Positions 10,520-21,194 are shown, numbered from the stretch's first letter. The stretch is 64,000 nt of DNA from Candidatus Heimdallarchaeota archaeon (GCA_019057815.1 JAHLWR010000005.1:130829-194828), one strand, 5' to 3'. Notes: generated by a model from the letters alone, not told the origin. Program-made: numbers and translations.

Positions 10520-11950
10520 TCAATTTCTTCTAAATTCCTCTTCAAGTATACGAAATTCCTTTCTAGAGTGTTCTAAAAATGAAGGAAGTCCATTCTTGAA
10601 AAGTCCTTGCTTGTCTATTTCAATAATATCTGCAACAGAGCCTTGCTTTGTCCTCATAAACTCGTAAACAACGACATCATCTGCAGTTAATGTTTTATTA
10701 GCAATTTTTGTTTGAAAGTGCAACAGAACATACTCTGAGTGTGTTGTTATAAATATTTGAACACCTTTTTTTGCGGTTTCTATAATTAGATCTATCAATA
10801 CTGCTTGGAATTTTGGATGTAGATGTACTTCTGGCTCTTCAATTAGTAGTATATCACCTTTCTTGGATAAAATGCATTTTATAATTAATCCTGTCAAAGA
10901 ATTCATTCCTGATCCAACAGCTTTTAGATTTACTGATGCATCCATCTCCAAATCTATTACATCCATAGCTATCAAGGGACCTGGCTTAGGGATTATCTCA
11001 AAATTTGAATAACCAAATTTTTTTATCCAAAACTCTAGTTTTTTCCAGAAATCTAGATATTTCCTATCCTTATAATACATAAGAAATGTTGCAAGAGATT
11101 GACCAGAATCATCAAGTGAAATTGTCTCAGGAGGATTATCATCTAAAGCATATACCCATTGTGTAACATGTCTATTAGCTGGTATAATATTTAATTTTGG
11201 AAGATAGGAAACAAGTTTAAATTCCAACCAATCTATAACTAAACCCTCTTGATCAAACTCTCTTGTTCTTATTAGATTCCAAAAACCATTAGGAAAACTT
11301 GAACTACCACTACCAGTTAAACGACCATACGTAATATTATTAGCATACTCAATTCCAACTTCCTTGAATAGAGCATTTAAATCTGATTCATAATCACCAA
11401 AATCATTTGAAGATGTGGTTATAATTCCGTTTTCATTGAAACTTACATGGTTTTGCCAACTTACAATTTTCTTGGTTTGTTGGATTAAACTGCTGTAAGT
11501 TTTAAATTCATATATCTGTTTATCCTCTGGAGTAGTAATTGATGAGATTAAAATATCACATTGATATGTGTCTGCTATTGGTTTCTTATATTTTTGATTT
11601 CTAGAAACAATAGAATATTCATTTTGATATTCAACTCTTAAGTTTACATTTTTATTGAGATTATGTTTGTTAAATATTCTTTGATATGAACCCCAATCAG
11701 TCAAAGGACCTGTGATTTTCATTTCGTTAATAGATTGGAAAAAAAAACCGATTATTTCGTAAACTGAAGATTTTCCAGTACCATTTTCTCCTATAAAAAG
11801 ATTAATCGATTTGCATTCGAGTTCAATATTGGAAATGCTTTTGAAGTTTTGAATATGAATAGATTTCAGCTTATTGTATAGATTAATTTGTTCAACTTCT
11901 TTTTCAATCAAAGGTTTTTCTTCACCTTTATCCTTTTGTGATTCATTCAT
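10520..11950 (-). CDS. ABC-type AAA ATPase (AAA_15/AAA_21, DUF3696-like C-terminus)
   Basis: IQNFKS, Walker A GENGTGKS, signature-like VGSG, Walker B LLIEEPEVHLHP, ITTHS. Confidence 0.85.
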   Translation of the reverse strand: MNESQKDKGEEKPLIEKEVEQINLYNKLKSIHIQNFKSISNIELECKSINLFIGENGTGKSSVYEIIGFFFQSINEMKITGPLTDWGSYQRIFNKHNLNKNVNLRVEYQNEYSIVSRNQKYKKPIADTYQCDILISSITTPEDKQIYEFKTYSSLIQQTKKIVSWQNHVSFNENGIITTSSNDFGDYESDLNALFKEVGIEYANNITYGRLTGSGSSSFPNGFWNLIRTREFDQEGLVIDWLEFKLVSYLPKLNIIPANRHVTQWVYALDDNPPETISLDDSGQSLATFLMYYKDRKYLDFWKKLEFWIKKFGYSNFEIIPKPGPLIAMDVIDLEMDASVNLKAVGSGMNSLTGLIIKCILSKKGDILLIEEPEVHLHPKFQAVLIDLIIETAKKGVQIFITTHSEYVLLHFQTKIANKTLTADDVVVYEFMRTKQGSVADIIEIDKQGLFKNGLPSFLEHSRKEFRILEEEFRRN

Positions 11951-12295
11951 AAGAAAACAACCTCAGTAATATCATATTATGGTTTATTCGATATAATTAT
12001 ATTTAGATATTTAATAAGATTGTTGTAAAATTTTGATTACAGTAAAAATATATAAACAACTTATGAATATTTTATTGCCTAATGTTTAAACTTCATTGAA
12101 TTAGTCAAATCTAATGTTTCAGAAGTTAATCAAGTTAATCGAGTCAATTTTTATATGCTTTTTCTTGAAAAACAAGATACCTCTTCTTTTTTAACAAGAC
12201 AATTAGAACTGAATTAAATAGATATAATAGTTATTTCCTTACTTTTGTACGCTCAACCCCTCTGGAGTTGATCAAGAGGTTTTGGGACATACTTC

Positions 12296-12808
12296 TTAAA
12301 GTATATTTGAATCTCTTAATCTATCTAATGCCTCTTTTATCTGATTTTCGTTGAAATGTGACTTAGCAGTATGAGTTTGATTTATACATTCAGAATCTGT
12401 ATCTGTTAGCTTTGAAAAGTATAAAGTTGTACTTAGAAGTTCCATTTCCTCAACAGATGAATTTCCGATTAAATTTATAATCTTAGTATATTTGTCTTCG
12501 GATATCTCATAATTCTCTTTTTCAGATTCGATAAAGTTTATACCATCTTCTAGAAGATAAATTTCATATTTTTCATTCTGATCATCATAATTAATTTTTA
12601 AAAAATCCATATCTTCTAATTCGTATAGAATTTCAGTTAGATCTTCTGAATATGGTCCGTAATAATGAATTTTATAGTTGAGATCCAGCTTCTCTTCTAA
12701 CCCCTCTTGAAGGAAAAATATACCTTTCTGAATATAAGTTTTCCCAACTGGTTTTCTAGAATTATTAATAAAATTTAGTACGTTCAAAATTTGATTAATA
12801 TACGTCAT
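12296..12808 (-). CDS. YwgA-like winged-helix protein, copy 2
   Basis: PVGKTYIQKGIFFLQEGL...YKIHYYGPYSEDL...MELLSTTLYFSK; clear paralog of 4488..5003. Confidence 0.75.
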   Translation of the reverse strand: MTYINQILNVLNFINNSRKPVGKTYIQKGIFFLQEGLEEKLDLNYKIHYYGPYSEDLTEILYELEDMDFLKINYDDQNEKYEIYLLEDGINFIESEKENYEISEDKYTKIINLIGNSSVEEMELLSTTLYFSKLTDTDSECINQTHTAKSHFNENQIKEALDRLRDSNIL

Positions 12809-12875
12809 TTTTCACATCTTCTATATACTAAGTAATTTTTCACTATATAAATTCTTTATATTATTAATTTATTCT

Positions 12876-14165
12876 TTATATTATTATATTTTTCTCAATA
12901 AATTTTAAAGCTTCTTTCTCAATTTCATCCAATAAGCTCTCCTTAGCATAAAGTCTTCTAGTTTTTATTTTATCCAATGAAGCAATTACTTCAGTAGCTC
13001 TATGTAAAAGCGTTTTAGTTTTCCCCTGTTCTACGCGAATATATTTTCCACCCTTATATTCATATGTTGATCTTGTGGGTTTATCAATAAAGTAATTACC
13101 TTTATACTTCTTACTAAGATGAACATCAATAATGTTCCAGTTCTTATCTAGTGTCATTTCTTTTTCTCTATTTGATCTGCATTCCTTTCGGAATAACTGG
13201 TATCTATTTTCAAAACTTGGGATACATTTGAAAAAATCTCTATTATAGAAAAAGGGTTTGTGCTTTGATTCTTTCAACCATTTGAGGATATCAATATCAC
13301 TTAATGAAAGATATTCATTAATGTCCTCTGGATATGTTTCCATATTCTTTTTCGTCCTTAGAAAATCTTGAATTGCATTTATTAAATGATAATTTAGAAT
13401 TCTAGTAGTTTTATGGAAATATACTTCAGTATACATATAATATCTTGCTAGCACAAAATGTTCTAGAGCTCTTATTCCACCATTTTCCCAAAAAAGAGGA
13501 CTTGGTCCTTCTTGACCATCAGCTCTTTCTCCCTTATCTAATCTTATAGTTTCCAAAATTCTCTCCAAGTCAAACTTACCATAATTAACTCCCACTGATA
13601 GAGAGTCTCTTCTTAAATAATCTAATCGGTCAATTCCAACCTGTCCATTTAACAGCTCTTTCGATATCATATCGTTTTCTGTTCCATTTTTACGGCTTCC
13701 TTCCATTACAAATATTATCCTATCTACAATATTTTTATCATGATGCTTTAACAATAAATCGTTTATTTCTGTTTCTCGAATAATTCTTGCTCCAAAAATT
13801 TCATGTCTATCTCTTTCATTTTTTCCTTTTTTTCTAAAAAGTATATTTTCTCCTACGTGAGAAAATGGTGCATGTCCAATATCATGAAGGAGAGATGCAA
13901 GATAAAATACTATTTTATCATCATCTGATAGTACATTGTTCTTTAGACAATCAACAATTTTCTTTGACAAATAGAATGTACCTAAAGAATGTTCAAATCT
14001 TGTATGTCTACCAGAAGGATACACCCACATAGTAGTTCCAAGTTGATGTATATTTCTTAATCTTTGAAATGGCCAAGTATCAATGATTTTCTTTTCGACC
14101 TCATTAATAGGAATAAATCCATACAATGGATCTCGAATGTTAAAGTCTTCATCGTACTTTGGCAC
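12876..14165 (-). CDS. HD-domain phosphohydrolase, SAMHD1/YwfO-like, copy 2
   Basis: IRDPLYG, FQRLRNIHQLG, HTRFEHSLG, LLHDIGH, DRLDYLRRD, YTEVYFHK; GTG start. Confidence 0.9.
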   Translation of the reverse strand: MPKYDEDFNIRDPLYGFIPINEVEKKIIDTWPFQRLRNIHQLGTTMWVYPSGRHTRFEHSLGTFYLSKKIVDCLKNNVLSDDDKIVFYLASLLHDIGHAPFSHVGENILFRKKGKNERDRHEIFGARIIRETEINDLLLKHHDKNIVDRIIFVMEGSRKNGTENDMISKELLNGQVGIDRLDYLRRDSLSVGVNYGKFDLERILETIRLDKGERADGQEGPSPLFWENGGIRALEHFVLARYYMYTEVYFHKTTRILNYHLINAIQDFLRTKKNMETYPEDINEYLSLSDIDILKWLKESKHKPFFYNRDFFKCIPSFENRYQLFRKECRSNREKEMTLDKNWNIIDVHLSKKYKGNYFIDKPTRSTYEYKGGKYIRVEQGKTKTLLHRATEVIASLDKIKTRRLYAKESLLDEIEKEALKFIEKNIII

Positions 14166-14576
14166 TAGAACCTTATAATTGTTGAACTTTTGAATTATTA
14201 AATTTATCTACGTTTAATTTCATTTAAAAAGATGAATGTTTAAATATCAAAAGATAGACCAAGAAATTCTTCTACAGTTCCATCAGAATAATACTTATCT
14301 TATTTTTTTGATTGCAATGATTAGACTTCATTAGGGCTTGAGTCTTAAAATTCTTAAATTTCTATTATCAAGGTTTGAATTCAAAATTAATATCTTTCGA
14401 TGAGTTAATTCAACTCTCTTCTGAATAGTTCAGAGTGTGTCTACTTAAGATATGAAAAACACTAGATGTTAAACGCTGTAAATTTCCTTCTAACCAAATC
14501 GTTATTTAGTTCAATAAACAGCCTAACTACGTGAGAGTCGAGTTTTGAAGTATTAGCATATTTAAAGATTTGACCG

Positions 14577-14687
14577 TCACTTCTTAGATTCCTCGGTCTT
14601 TGCTTTATTTCCCCTTTTCTCTGTTAAAACACTCTTTCTCCCTCAGAGAAGCTCTAGTCTACTCAAACAAGTTTTGGAACATGCTTT
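14577..14687 (-). repeat. ~110 bp inverted repeat, copy 2 (followed by a direct copy of 9849..9879 at ~14690..14720)
   Basis: Reverse complement aligns with 9881..9989. Confidence 0.85.
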
Positions 14688-14818
14688 AATGAATTGAAAG
14701 TAAAATGATTAGAGATCAAGAATCAGTCTTACAATAGTATTATTTTAAACCTTCTTTGTAATACTGCTGACCTACCAATATCCAAATATTCCGACAAAAC
14801 CTGTTTAGATTAGAGAAG

Positions 14819-15163
14819 ATGAGCAAAACAAGAATGAGCGAGAAAGTAGTGTGTTTTTTAAGCAAGTATGGTAGAGTTAAACAATTACTGGATGAGAAAG
14901 ACAGAATCCCTCCTTTCATTTTGGAGGATGATCTTCAAAAATTTGTAGTCTTCGTCTTTGATTGGAAAAAAAGCGCAGGAACAAACACTATTATCAGGAC
15001 AGAACAGAGAGCAGAGAGAATGAAATGTGATGGTGTAATTATCATCGCAAATAGATTCAGTCTAAATGCTCTAGAACAAGTTAATTATCTAAACAAAAGA
15101 AGGAATAAAAAGACAATCTTATTTAAAAGAGAAGAAATAGAATCAATATTAGATGCGTGTTAA
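14819..15163 (+). CDS. Small restriction-endonuclease-fold (Mrr-like) protein, degenerate active site
   Basis: VFVFDWKKSAGTNTIIR...GVIIIANRFSLNA resembles the Mrr_cat C-terminal half. Confidence 0.45.
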   Translation: MSKTRMSEKVVCFLSKYGRVKQLLDEKDRIPPFILEDDLQKFVVFVFDWKKSAGTNTIIRTEQRAERMKCDGVIIIANRFSLNALEQVNYLNKRRNKKTILFKREEIESILDAC

Positions 15164-15287
15164 GAAAAACTCTATGGCACATTTTACAGACTTGATATTG
15201 CGTTAAAACATTGAGGTTTAATAGCTGTTCTGAGAATCATTATAAGTAGCTGTTATCATGAGGTGTTTTTGTAATATTGTACAATAA

Positions 15288-16229
15288 TCAAGTTGATGGA
15301 AAAAGTCGATCAGTATCTTCCAAAAAGATACTCACATTTTTAACAAAAACTTCGATTTGACTTACTGTATTTGAACTTATATCAACTTCATACAAAACTA
15401 ATTTTTCCCTTAATTTCCCAAGATTATTTCTTACCCAATTTGATAACTCCAAATAAATTCCTAAAAGTGCTCCTTCTTGCAACAGCATAAGTATATCCTC
15501 AATAGCTTCTAGAGTAGTAATAATAGTTTTGTTTATGCTACTTACTTCTTTGGAATTATTGGAAGTAAGTGATTTTAAAATTTCATAAGCCTTTGTGATT
15601 ATTTCTTCTTTAAAAATCAACTTAAGTAGAGAAAAATACAACTCTCCAATTTGGAAGTCATTCGTTTCCATAGTTTTAGGTTCACTAGAAATTCCTAGTC
15701 TTTTACAACTTGCTTCAGTCTCTTTTTTTATCCAATCAATGAACACAGGCGAATGAACCATCTTTTCTTTAAGAAGCGCATCTGCGGGAGTAAAATCCCT
15801 TAAAGAATTTTGTGGTTTGAAGAATTTTCCTTTAACTTCAGAATAGATGGTATATTCAGGATAATGAGAATATACATAGCTTACTAGTTGACTTGAACTG
15901 AAATGACCGAGACGAAAATGTAACTCTTGGATCACTTGTTCGTCGAGTTTGGATATACTTTTTTCAAGTAAGTATTGCTCCCCATATTTGGTAATCTGAT
16001 AATAGTGATTATTGTTTCTTGCTTCTTCATGAATATATCCATGTTTAACTAATTCTTTAATGTCTTCTTGAATCGCTTGACAATATGGACCAAATCTGTA
16101 TGGTTTGAATTCATAATTTGTTTTAAAACTATAATTTTTTATTAGTAGAAAAACTATTTTCTGAAAATGTACTCGACCACTAATTATATGCCAGTATTTT
16201 AATAGTAAAAGGAGTAGCGATTTTTTCAT
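15288..16229 (-). CDS. YwgA/Panacea-like N-terminal domain fused to a helical C-terminal extension
   Basis: ISGRVHFQKIVFLL...YEFKPYRFGPYC...YQITKYG...LVSYVYSHYPEY. Confidence 0.7.
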   Translation of the reverse strand: MKKSLLLLLLKYWHIISGRVHFQKIVFLLIKNYSFKTNYEFKPYRFGPYCQAIQEDIKELVKHGYIHEEARNNNHYYQITKYGEQYLLEKSISKLDEQVIQELHFRLGHFSSSQLVSYVYSHYPEYTIYSEVKGKFFKPQNSLRDFTPADALLKEKMVHSPVFIDWIKKETEASCKRLGISSEPKTMETNDFQIGELYFSLLKLIFKEEIITKAYEILKSLTSNNSKEVSSINKTIITTLEAIEDILMLLQEGALLGIYLELSNWVRNNLGKLREKLVLYEVDISSNTVSQIEVFVKNVSIFLEDTDRLFPST

Positions 16230-16756
16230 TTCAATAACTAATAATTAATTTTATTTTTAAAGTAGGTAAAATAAAATTAGTGTGGTGAAAGAAACATCAA
16301 TCAAATAAATTTAGGCAAGGAGGAGTAGAAAGGGGAGGAGAGAAGGAAGGAGAGAAAAGTATAGTAGTTAAACTTATTCTTCTCCTTCCTAGGAATTAAG
16401 TAAATTATTCCAATAGTGTAACATTATTTAATTATATAAAGACAACAAAAATAGAATTTTAATACGAAAATCAAACATTTTACAAGTTTAATTGATATTG
16501 TTAATAATAAAAACAGTAAAGAATTTGTAGAAATTAAAAACACATTAATATTAGAACCACATAATACTCATATACATGAGATGTTTGTAGGCTAAATATG
16601 GAGATCATGATAAATCTTTGTGAGGATTCAGATGAATATCAAGAAATCCCTCAATTAGAGAATTTTTATCTTAAATGGCATACAATTTAGTTAGTTCACA
16701 GTACTACAATAAACTTCAAATTAATAAAAACATTAGATAAAGACAGGTATTTAAAA

Positions 16757-17617
16757 TTGGAACGTACTATTAAAGTCACTAAAAACGTTATTGTAAAAAA
16801 AAGAGAAAAAATATATTCTAATGTTACACAAAGTTTAGCTTTTCGAACAAAGGAAATCGCTTTTATTATTCGTTCATATAAAAAGGAAGAAAATGATAGT
16901 TATTCACTTATCACAGTAAAAAATTTTTGTGAAAGGAAGAAAATTAAATGGTTTGAACCAAAAAATGAGTTTATAGGAGAAACAAAAATTGAGCAAATTG
17001 TTGGTTCTGCATTATTATGCGATTTTGGTATAGCTATATTGCCAAAAACTCCAAATGAAAATGTAGGTCTGGAAATAGGATTACTTATGAGTCTAGCCAA
17101 ACCAATCTTTATTCTTAAAGGGAGGAACGTCAGTAGAAAGATACCTTTTGATTATGATAGTTTTATTTATATTAAGCATAATAGTACACAACAATTACTT
17201 AAAGATTTATTAGCTAAACATGAAACACATGAGCTTAGACATGTACAATATGAAGAACTTATCAATAAAATCCTTAAAAAAGTATTAAAACCTCTTTTTT
17301 CCTCAAAAACAGACCAACTAGCGATTGCATTAGGAAAAAGCGGGATTCAAGCACAAAATAATCAAAAAAACATTAAGTTATTTATAGAATCTTGGAAGAA
17401 AAATCCACAAAAAACTTTGGAAAGTTTAGAACGAGGAATGATACTTGACCTTGCCACTAGAGTGTGTAAAATCGAAAATGTTGCAAAATCTGGAACAAAT
17501 AAATTATGTAAAGGAATAAACAACTATCTTATTGAGGAAATATCAAAAGAGAAAAGTCTTTTTCTTGCTTATCAAGGAAAACATGCTATTGCAGATATGT
17601 TAATTAACAAAAAATAA
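16757..17617 (+). CDS. Nucleoside deoxyribosyltransferase-like / TIR-like nucleotide-binding domain protein
   Basis: AFIIRSY...CDFGIAIL...NENVGLEIGLLMSLAKPIFIL (N.nV..ElG....l.KP motif). Confidence 0.55.
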   Translation: MERTIKVTKNVIVKKREKIYSNVTQSLAFRTKEIAFIIRSYKKEENDSYSLITVKNFCERKKIKWFEPKNEFIGETKIEQIVGSALLCDFGIAILPKTPNENVGLEIGLLMSLAKPIFILKGRNVSRKIPFDYDSFIYIKHNSTQQLLKDLLAKHETHELRHVQYEELINKILKKVLKPLFSSKTDQLAIALGKSGIQAQNNQKNIKLFIESWKKNPQKTLESLERGMILDLATRVCKIENVAKSGTNKLCKGINNYLIEEISKEKSLFLAYQGKHAIADMLINKK

Positions 17618-18072
17618 AATTAAAATCCCAAAATTATGTATAATTTCTTAATATCTAAAAGTTTTACCATAAAAAATAAGAGATATCTTTACAAGATTGT
17701 ATAAGCGTAATTATTGTGAAAAAAGTCGATTAATATATTCTCAAATATTAACTACACCTTAAATATATTCTTCAATCTGAATACCTATTTGTGAGTTTAT
17801 GTCAGATTCATACTGTGCAAATTTTCTTTTAGTATATCAAGATTAATTTTCACATCATCTGACAACATCAAGTTTTATTAATATAATAATCTATTTTCAA
17901 AAAATATTCTAATCTATGAACGACAGAAAAAGAGTGTAAATAACGTCTTGTGGGTTCTAATAGTTGTAGTAACAAATTTCAATATTTTAATGTTACTTGG
18001 AGATATTACATGTACATTCTATTAATTTTCGAAAAATTAGTACAATAATTAGACCAGTATTAATAATCTGAT

Positions 18073-19830
18073 TTATTCATCCAAGATATCTTCAAGCAAA
18101 TTCTTTATTTCAGGATCAATTTCATCTTTTCTCATTTTACTTGCCCATCTTGGAATGTCCCTACTTTTTTTGAAGGTTTTGTTAAAGGATTTTTCAAAAT
18201 TTTTTATGTTTGAAATCATGGTTTTATTTGGGTTATATAGTTTAGACAACTCTTCGGATTCTATCTCCCAATCTTCTGCAATCACGCGCAATGCTCCTTT
18301 AAAATATTCTTCTAGATTTTTCTTTTTAAGAATATAGAGATACTTTTTAATTTCTTCCTCACCTATTGTTCTCACTAAATCATTATCTTTGCCTTTCATT
18401 CTGTCGGTAATTTCTTGCCTTTTATCATCTGGACTAAAATCATCTCTATCAGTTATAATTATATACTTGAAACATAGTTTCATTTGAAGCATAAAAGAAA
18501 GAGTTAAAACTGCAGATATTTCCCCTGAACCACCAAATTTTATTATTCCAACATATTTTTCCTTACCAAAGAGCTCTTTTATCCATTCACTAAAAGCACC
18601 ATAATCTGACTTTCCTTCTACGAAAATTAAATAATCATAGAATAAGAAGTCACTATTTCTTAGATCAAATTGGTTCTTAAATTCAATATAGTCGTTCATA
18701 TTTCTTATGGCAGATACATTCATTTTATTTTGATCTTTTGTTATTTTAAAAATTTTTACTCCCTCTTCAATTTCACCTAAGAGAATTGGGTTATGTGTTG
18801 ATAAGATTACTTGACCTTCAATATCCTCAATAAAAAGTCTTCGAAGTTCTCTCAAAGCTCTCGGATGTAAATATAACTCAGGTTCTTCAATAATTATCAC
18901 TTTTTCAGGATTGGTGATACAAATGGCAGCAATGATTACTGCTTCCTTTAAACCATCTCCGAGTTCATGCATAGATATTGGTTTTTTTCCCACATTACGA
19001 AATATCAGATTTATCCCCCCTCCTGTCTCTGCAGTAATATCTGGTCTTCCTACTGAAAAACTCCATTCGTTGACAATATCCTGAAACTTATGGTATAATT
19101 TTTTCTTTTCATCATCCTCTGATAAAGCTACATTAAGTAATAATCTTCTTAAATTAGTTCCGTCATTTATATAATAATGGCTATCTATAATTGCCTTTAA
19201 CCCTACATTAATGTTTTCACTTATATGTTCAGACTCTTTTATTTGTCTTTTTGATTGAATGAATACTATATTTTGCATTATGAATCTTATTACCCAATCT
19301 TCTAGTTTAGTTATTTCTCCTTCAAAATCAGATCCAGAACCAAGCATATCTGATCTTCTGTCTATTTCCTTTCGTAAGAACGTATTGAAAGGAATAGGAT
19401 CGGGCGATTCTTCTTGCCAAACTCCCAAAAATTTAGCATTAGATATTTCATGTATATCTTCCCTATAATAATCAGGAGTTACTTTAATATTGTAAATAAC
19501 TAAATTGTGCCAAAAATCACGTTTAGCATTGGCTACTTTCAAAAAAGCTCTTGTAAAATCGTCCATATGTGGAAACAAGTTTTGGATTATTATTTTCACA
19601 TCATTTTCTTCTAAACTAATACTCAAAATTATTCTAGCTTGAGACCAATTATCTCTATTTATTTCATTTAAAGATATATATTGATTTGTGATGTTAACAA
19701 TTATGGCGTCTTGTATAGCAGATTTTCCAACATTGTTTTCTCCAATAAAGCAGTTATATTTATCAAATTCGAAGTAATAATCTCCATTCCAGCACTGATA
19801 ATTTGATAATGTTAAACTTCTTATTTTCAT
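18073..19830 (-). CDS. OLD-family ATP-dependent endonuclease (ABC ATPase + TOPRIM)
   Basis: GENNVGKS, LGDGLKE, IIEEPELYLHP, STHNP, TOPRIM FVEGKSD and DRD. Confidence 0.85.
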   Translation of the reverse strand: MKIRSLTLSNYQCWNGDYYFEFDKYNCFIGENNVGKSAIQDAIIVNITNQYISLNEINRDNWSQARIILSISLEENDVKIIIQNLFPHMDDFTRAFLKVANAKRDFWHNLVIYNIKVTPDYYREDIHEISNAKFLGVWQEESPDPIPFNTFLRKEIDRRSDMLGSGSDFEGEITKLEDWVIRFIMQNIVFIQSKRQIKESEHISENINVGLKAIIDSHYYINDGTNLRRLLLNVALSEDDEKKKLYHKFQDIVNEWSFSVGRPDITAETGGGINLIFRNVGKKPISMHELGDGLKEAVIIAAICITNPEKVIIIEEPELYLHPRALRELRRLFIEDIEGQVILSTHNPILLGEIEEGVKIFKITKDQNKMNVSAIRNMNDYIEFKNQFDLRNSDFLFYDYLIFVEGKSDYGAFSEWIKELFGKEKYVGIIKFGGSGEISAVLTLSFMLQMKLCFKYIIITDRDDFSPDDKRQEITDRMKGKDNDLVRTIGEEEIKKYLYILKKKNLEEYFKGALRVIAEDWEIESEELSKLYNPNKTMISNIKNFEKSFNKTFKKSRDIPRWASKMRKDEIDPEIKNLLEDILDE

Positions 19831-19972
19831 AATAAACCAATATTAGTTGTTATGATTAGTATATAACTTTAATTAATAAAATAGAATTATTTTTTAAGTG
19901 TAAAAAGTGATAGAAAAAAGGGACTAATAACATTTTGTGGTCTTTAAATAAGTTGTAATAATAAAAGAATCG

Positions 19973-21028
19973 ATGTTAATCAAAAGAAACACTGATCGCT
20001 TTGTTAACATAACAAAAGGTATAATAATTGGATTCTTGATAATTAGTCTCTTAATTGAACCTTGTAATGCAGGATATCCTCGCGGAGAGTTTCATTATTC
20101 CAATTTTCTTGAAATTGATCAGACATTAGAATGGGAAGTCCATCTCGAAAAAATTAATGGTTCGTATACTGATTATCATCATTATATTGTAGAGGGCGTA
20201 GAATTACAGAATGAGGATAATATAACATTAAAAATTCTACAAGATCCTGATGATCCTTCAAGTAATTATGAATGGTATGATATATATTTAAATGGAATTA
20301 GTATTGGAAACTCTTTAAGTATCTTAAAATTGTATCGTTGGGGATCAGGAGACTTCTTTATTTCTCCTGTCACATTCACTAATGAAGCAGGAAATTTTGA
20401 TTTTTTTAAAGAATACTACAATTATGTGAAAAACGATCACCAATATTGCAATCAAGATATTCAATCCACAAATGATAGCGAAGAATGGATGTTCATTAAT
20501 GTAACTGAAGCTTTAGAATTTACTTTAGATGAAAATTTTTTCACTTCAAAAAACTATTATTGTGAGAAAATAGACGGGAAATCTTATGATGAAAAACTAA
20601 TATACACCCTAGAAGTTGTTCAAGAATCATTAGTTGATATTGAAAGAGGTGTTTTAAAATCATTCAGATTTAATGTTGATTACTTTTATAATTATACACA
20701 CGTTGAAGGATTAATAACATTCGAAGAAGGTTTATATCACTTGCTGATTGTAAATACTGATGAAAGTGTAGGTTATGTGGAGTTTGAGTCCCAATCGGAA
20801 GAAAACAGTGAATCTAATAATAACACATCATTCGATAAAAATCTCAATTTATTTGTTTTAGGCTTACTAGTTTTTAGTGTTACTTTTGCAATAATTGTAG
20901 GTATCTATAAATCGAAAAAGAGGAAATTATTAAAAAAAGGTGAAGAGTTACACGAAATCAAAAGAGATAAACATAATAATGATGATGGTTTTAGACACGA
21001 AGTAAAGCGAATACTAAATGCTAAATAG
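19973..21028 (+). CDS. Secreted/surface protein with C-terminal membrane anchor
   Basis: N-terminal signal-like segment, acidic N-x-S/T-rich body, C-terminal TM followed by a basic tail. Confidence 0.7.
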   Translation: MLIKRNTDRFVNITKGIIIGFLIISLLIEPCNAGYPRGEFHYSNFLEIDQTLEWEVHLEKINGSYTDYHHYIVEGVELQNEDNITLKILQDPDDPSSNYEWYDIYLNGISIGNSLSILKLYRWGSGDFFISPVTFTNEAGNFDFFKEYYNYVKNDHQYCNQDIQSTNDSEEWMFINVTEALEFTLDENFFTSKNYYCEKIDGKSYDEKLIYTLEVVQESLVDIERGVLKSFRFNVDYFYNYTHVEGLITFEEGLYHLLIVNTDESVGYVEFESQSEENSESNNNTSFDKNLNLFVLGLLVFSVTFAIIVGIYKSKKRKLLKKGEELHEIKRDKHNNDDGFRHEVKRILNAK

Positions 21029-21029
21029 A

Positions 21030-21080
21030 ATGAACTACCCCCACCAAAAGGAATGGGATTTCTGCTATGATAGCTTAATA
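21030..21080. mobile_element. Possible degenerate IS200/IS605-type end hairpin
   Basis: aactacccccaccaaaaggaatgggatttc resembles the AACTACCCC..CTAAAGG..GGG.TT subterminal hairpins; no transposase nearby. Confidence 0.3.
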
Positions 21081-21194
21081 AAGGTTTTTTCTTTTTACAA
21101 GGGAGTAATAAGAGTAAATAGAAGTTTTTAATTATCTTTTAAACATAGATGAAAAAGTGTGGAGTATTTAATGTATTTTGAAGCTTAATAAGTA

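Noticed and set aside
16345-16390. Purine-rich tract with hairpin (aggaaggaga...tctccttcct)
   Set aside because: Single copy and low complexity; no further support for a function
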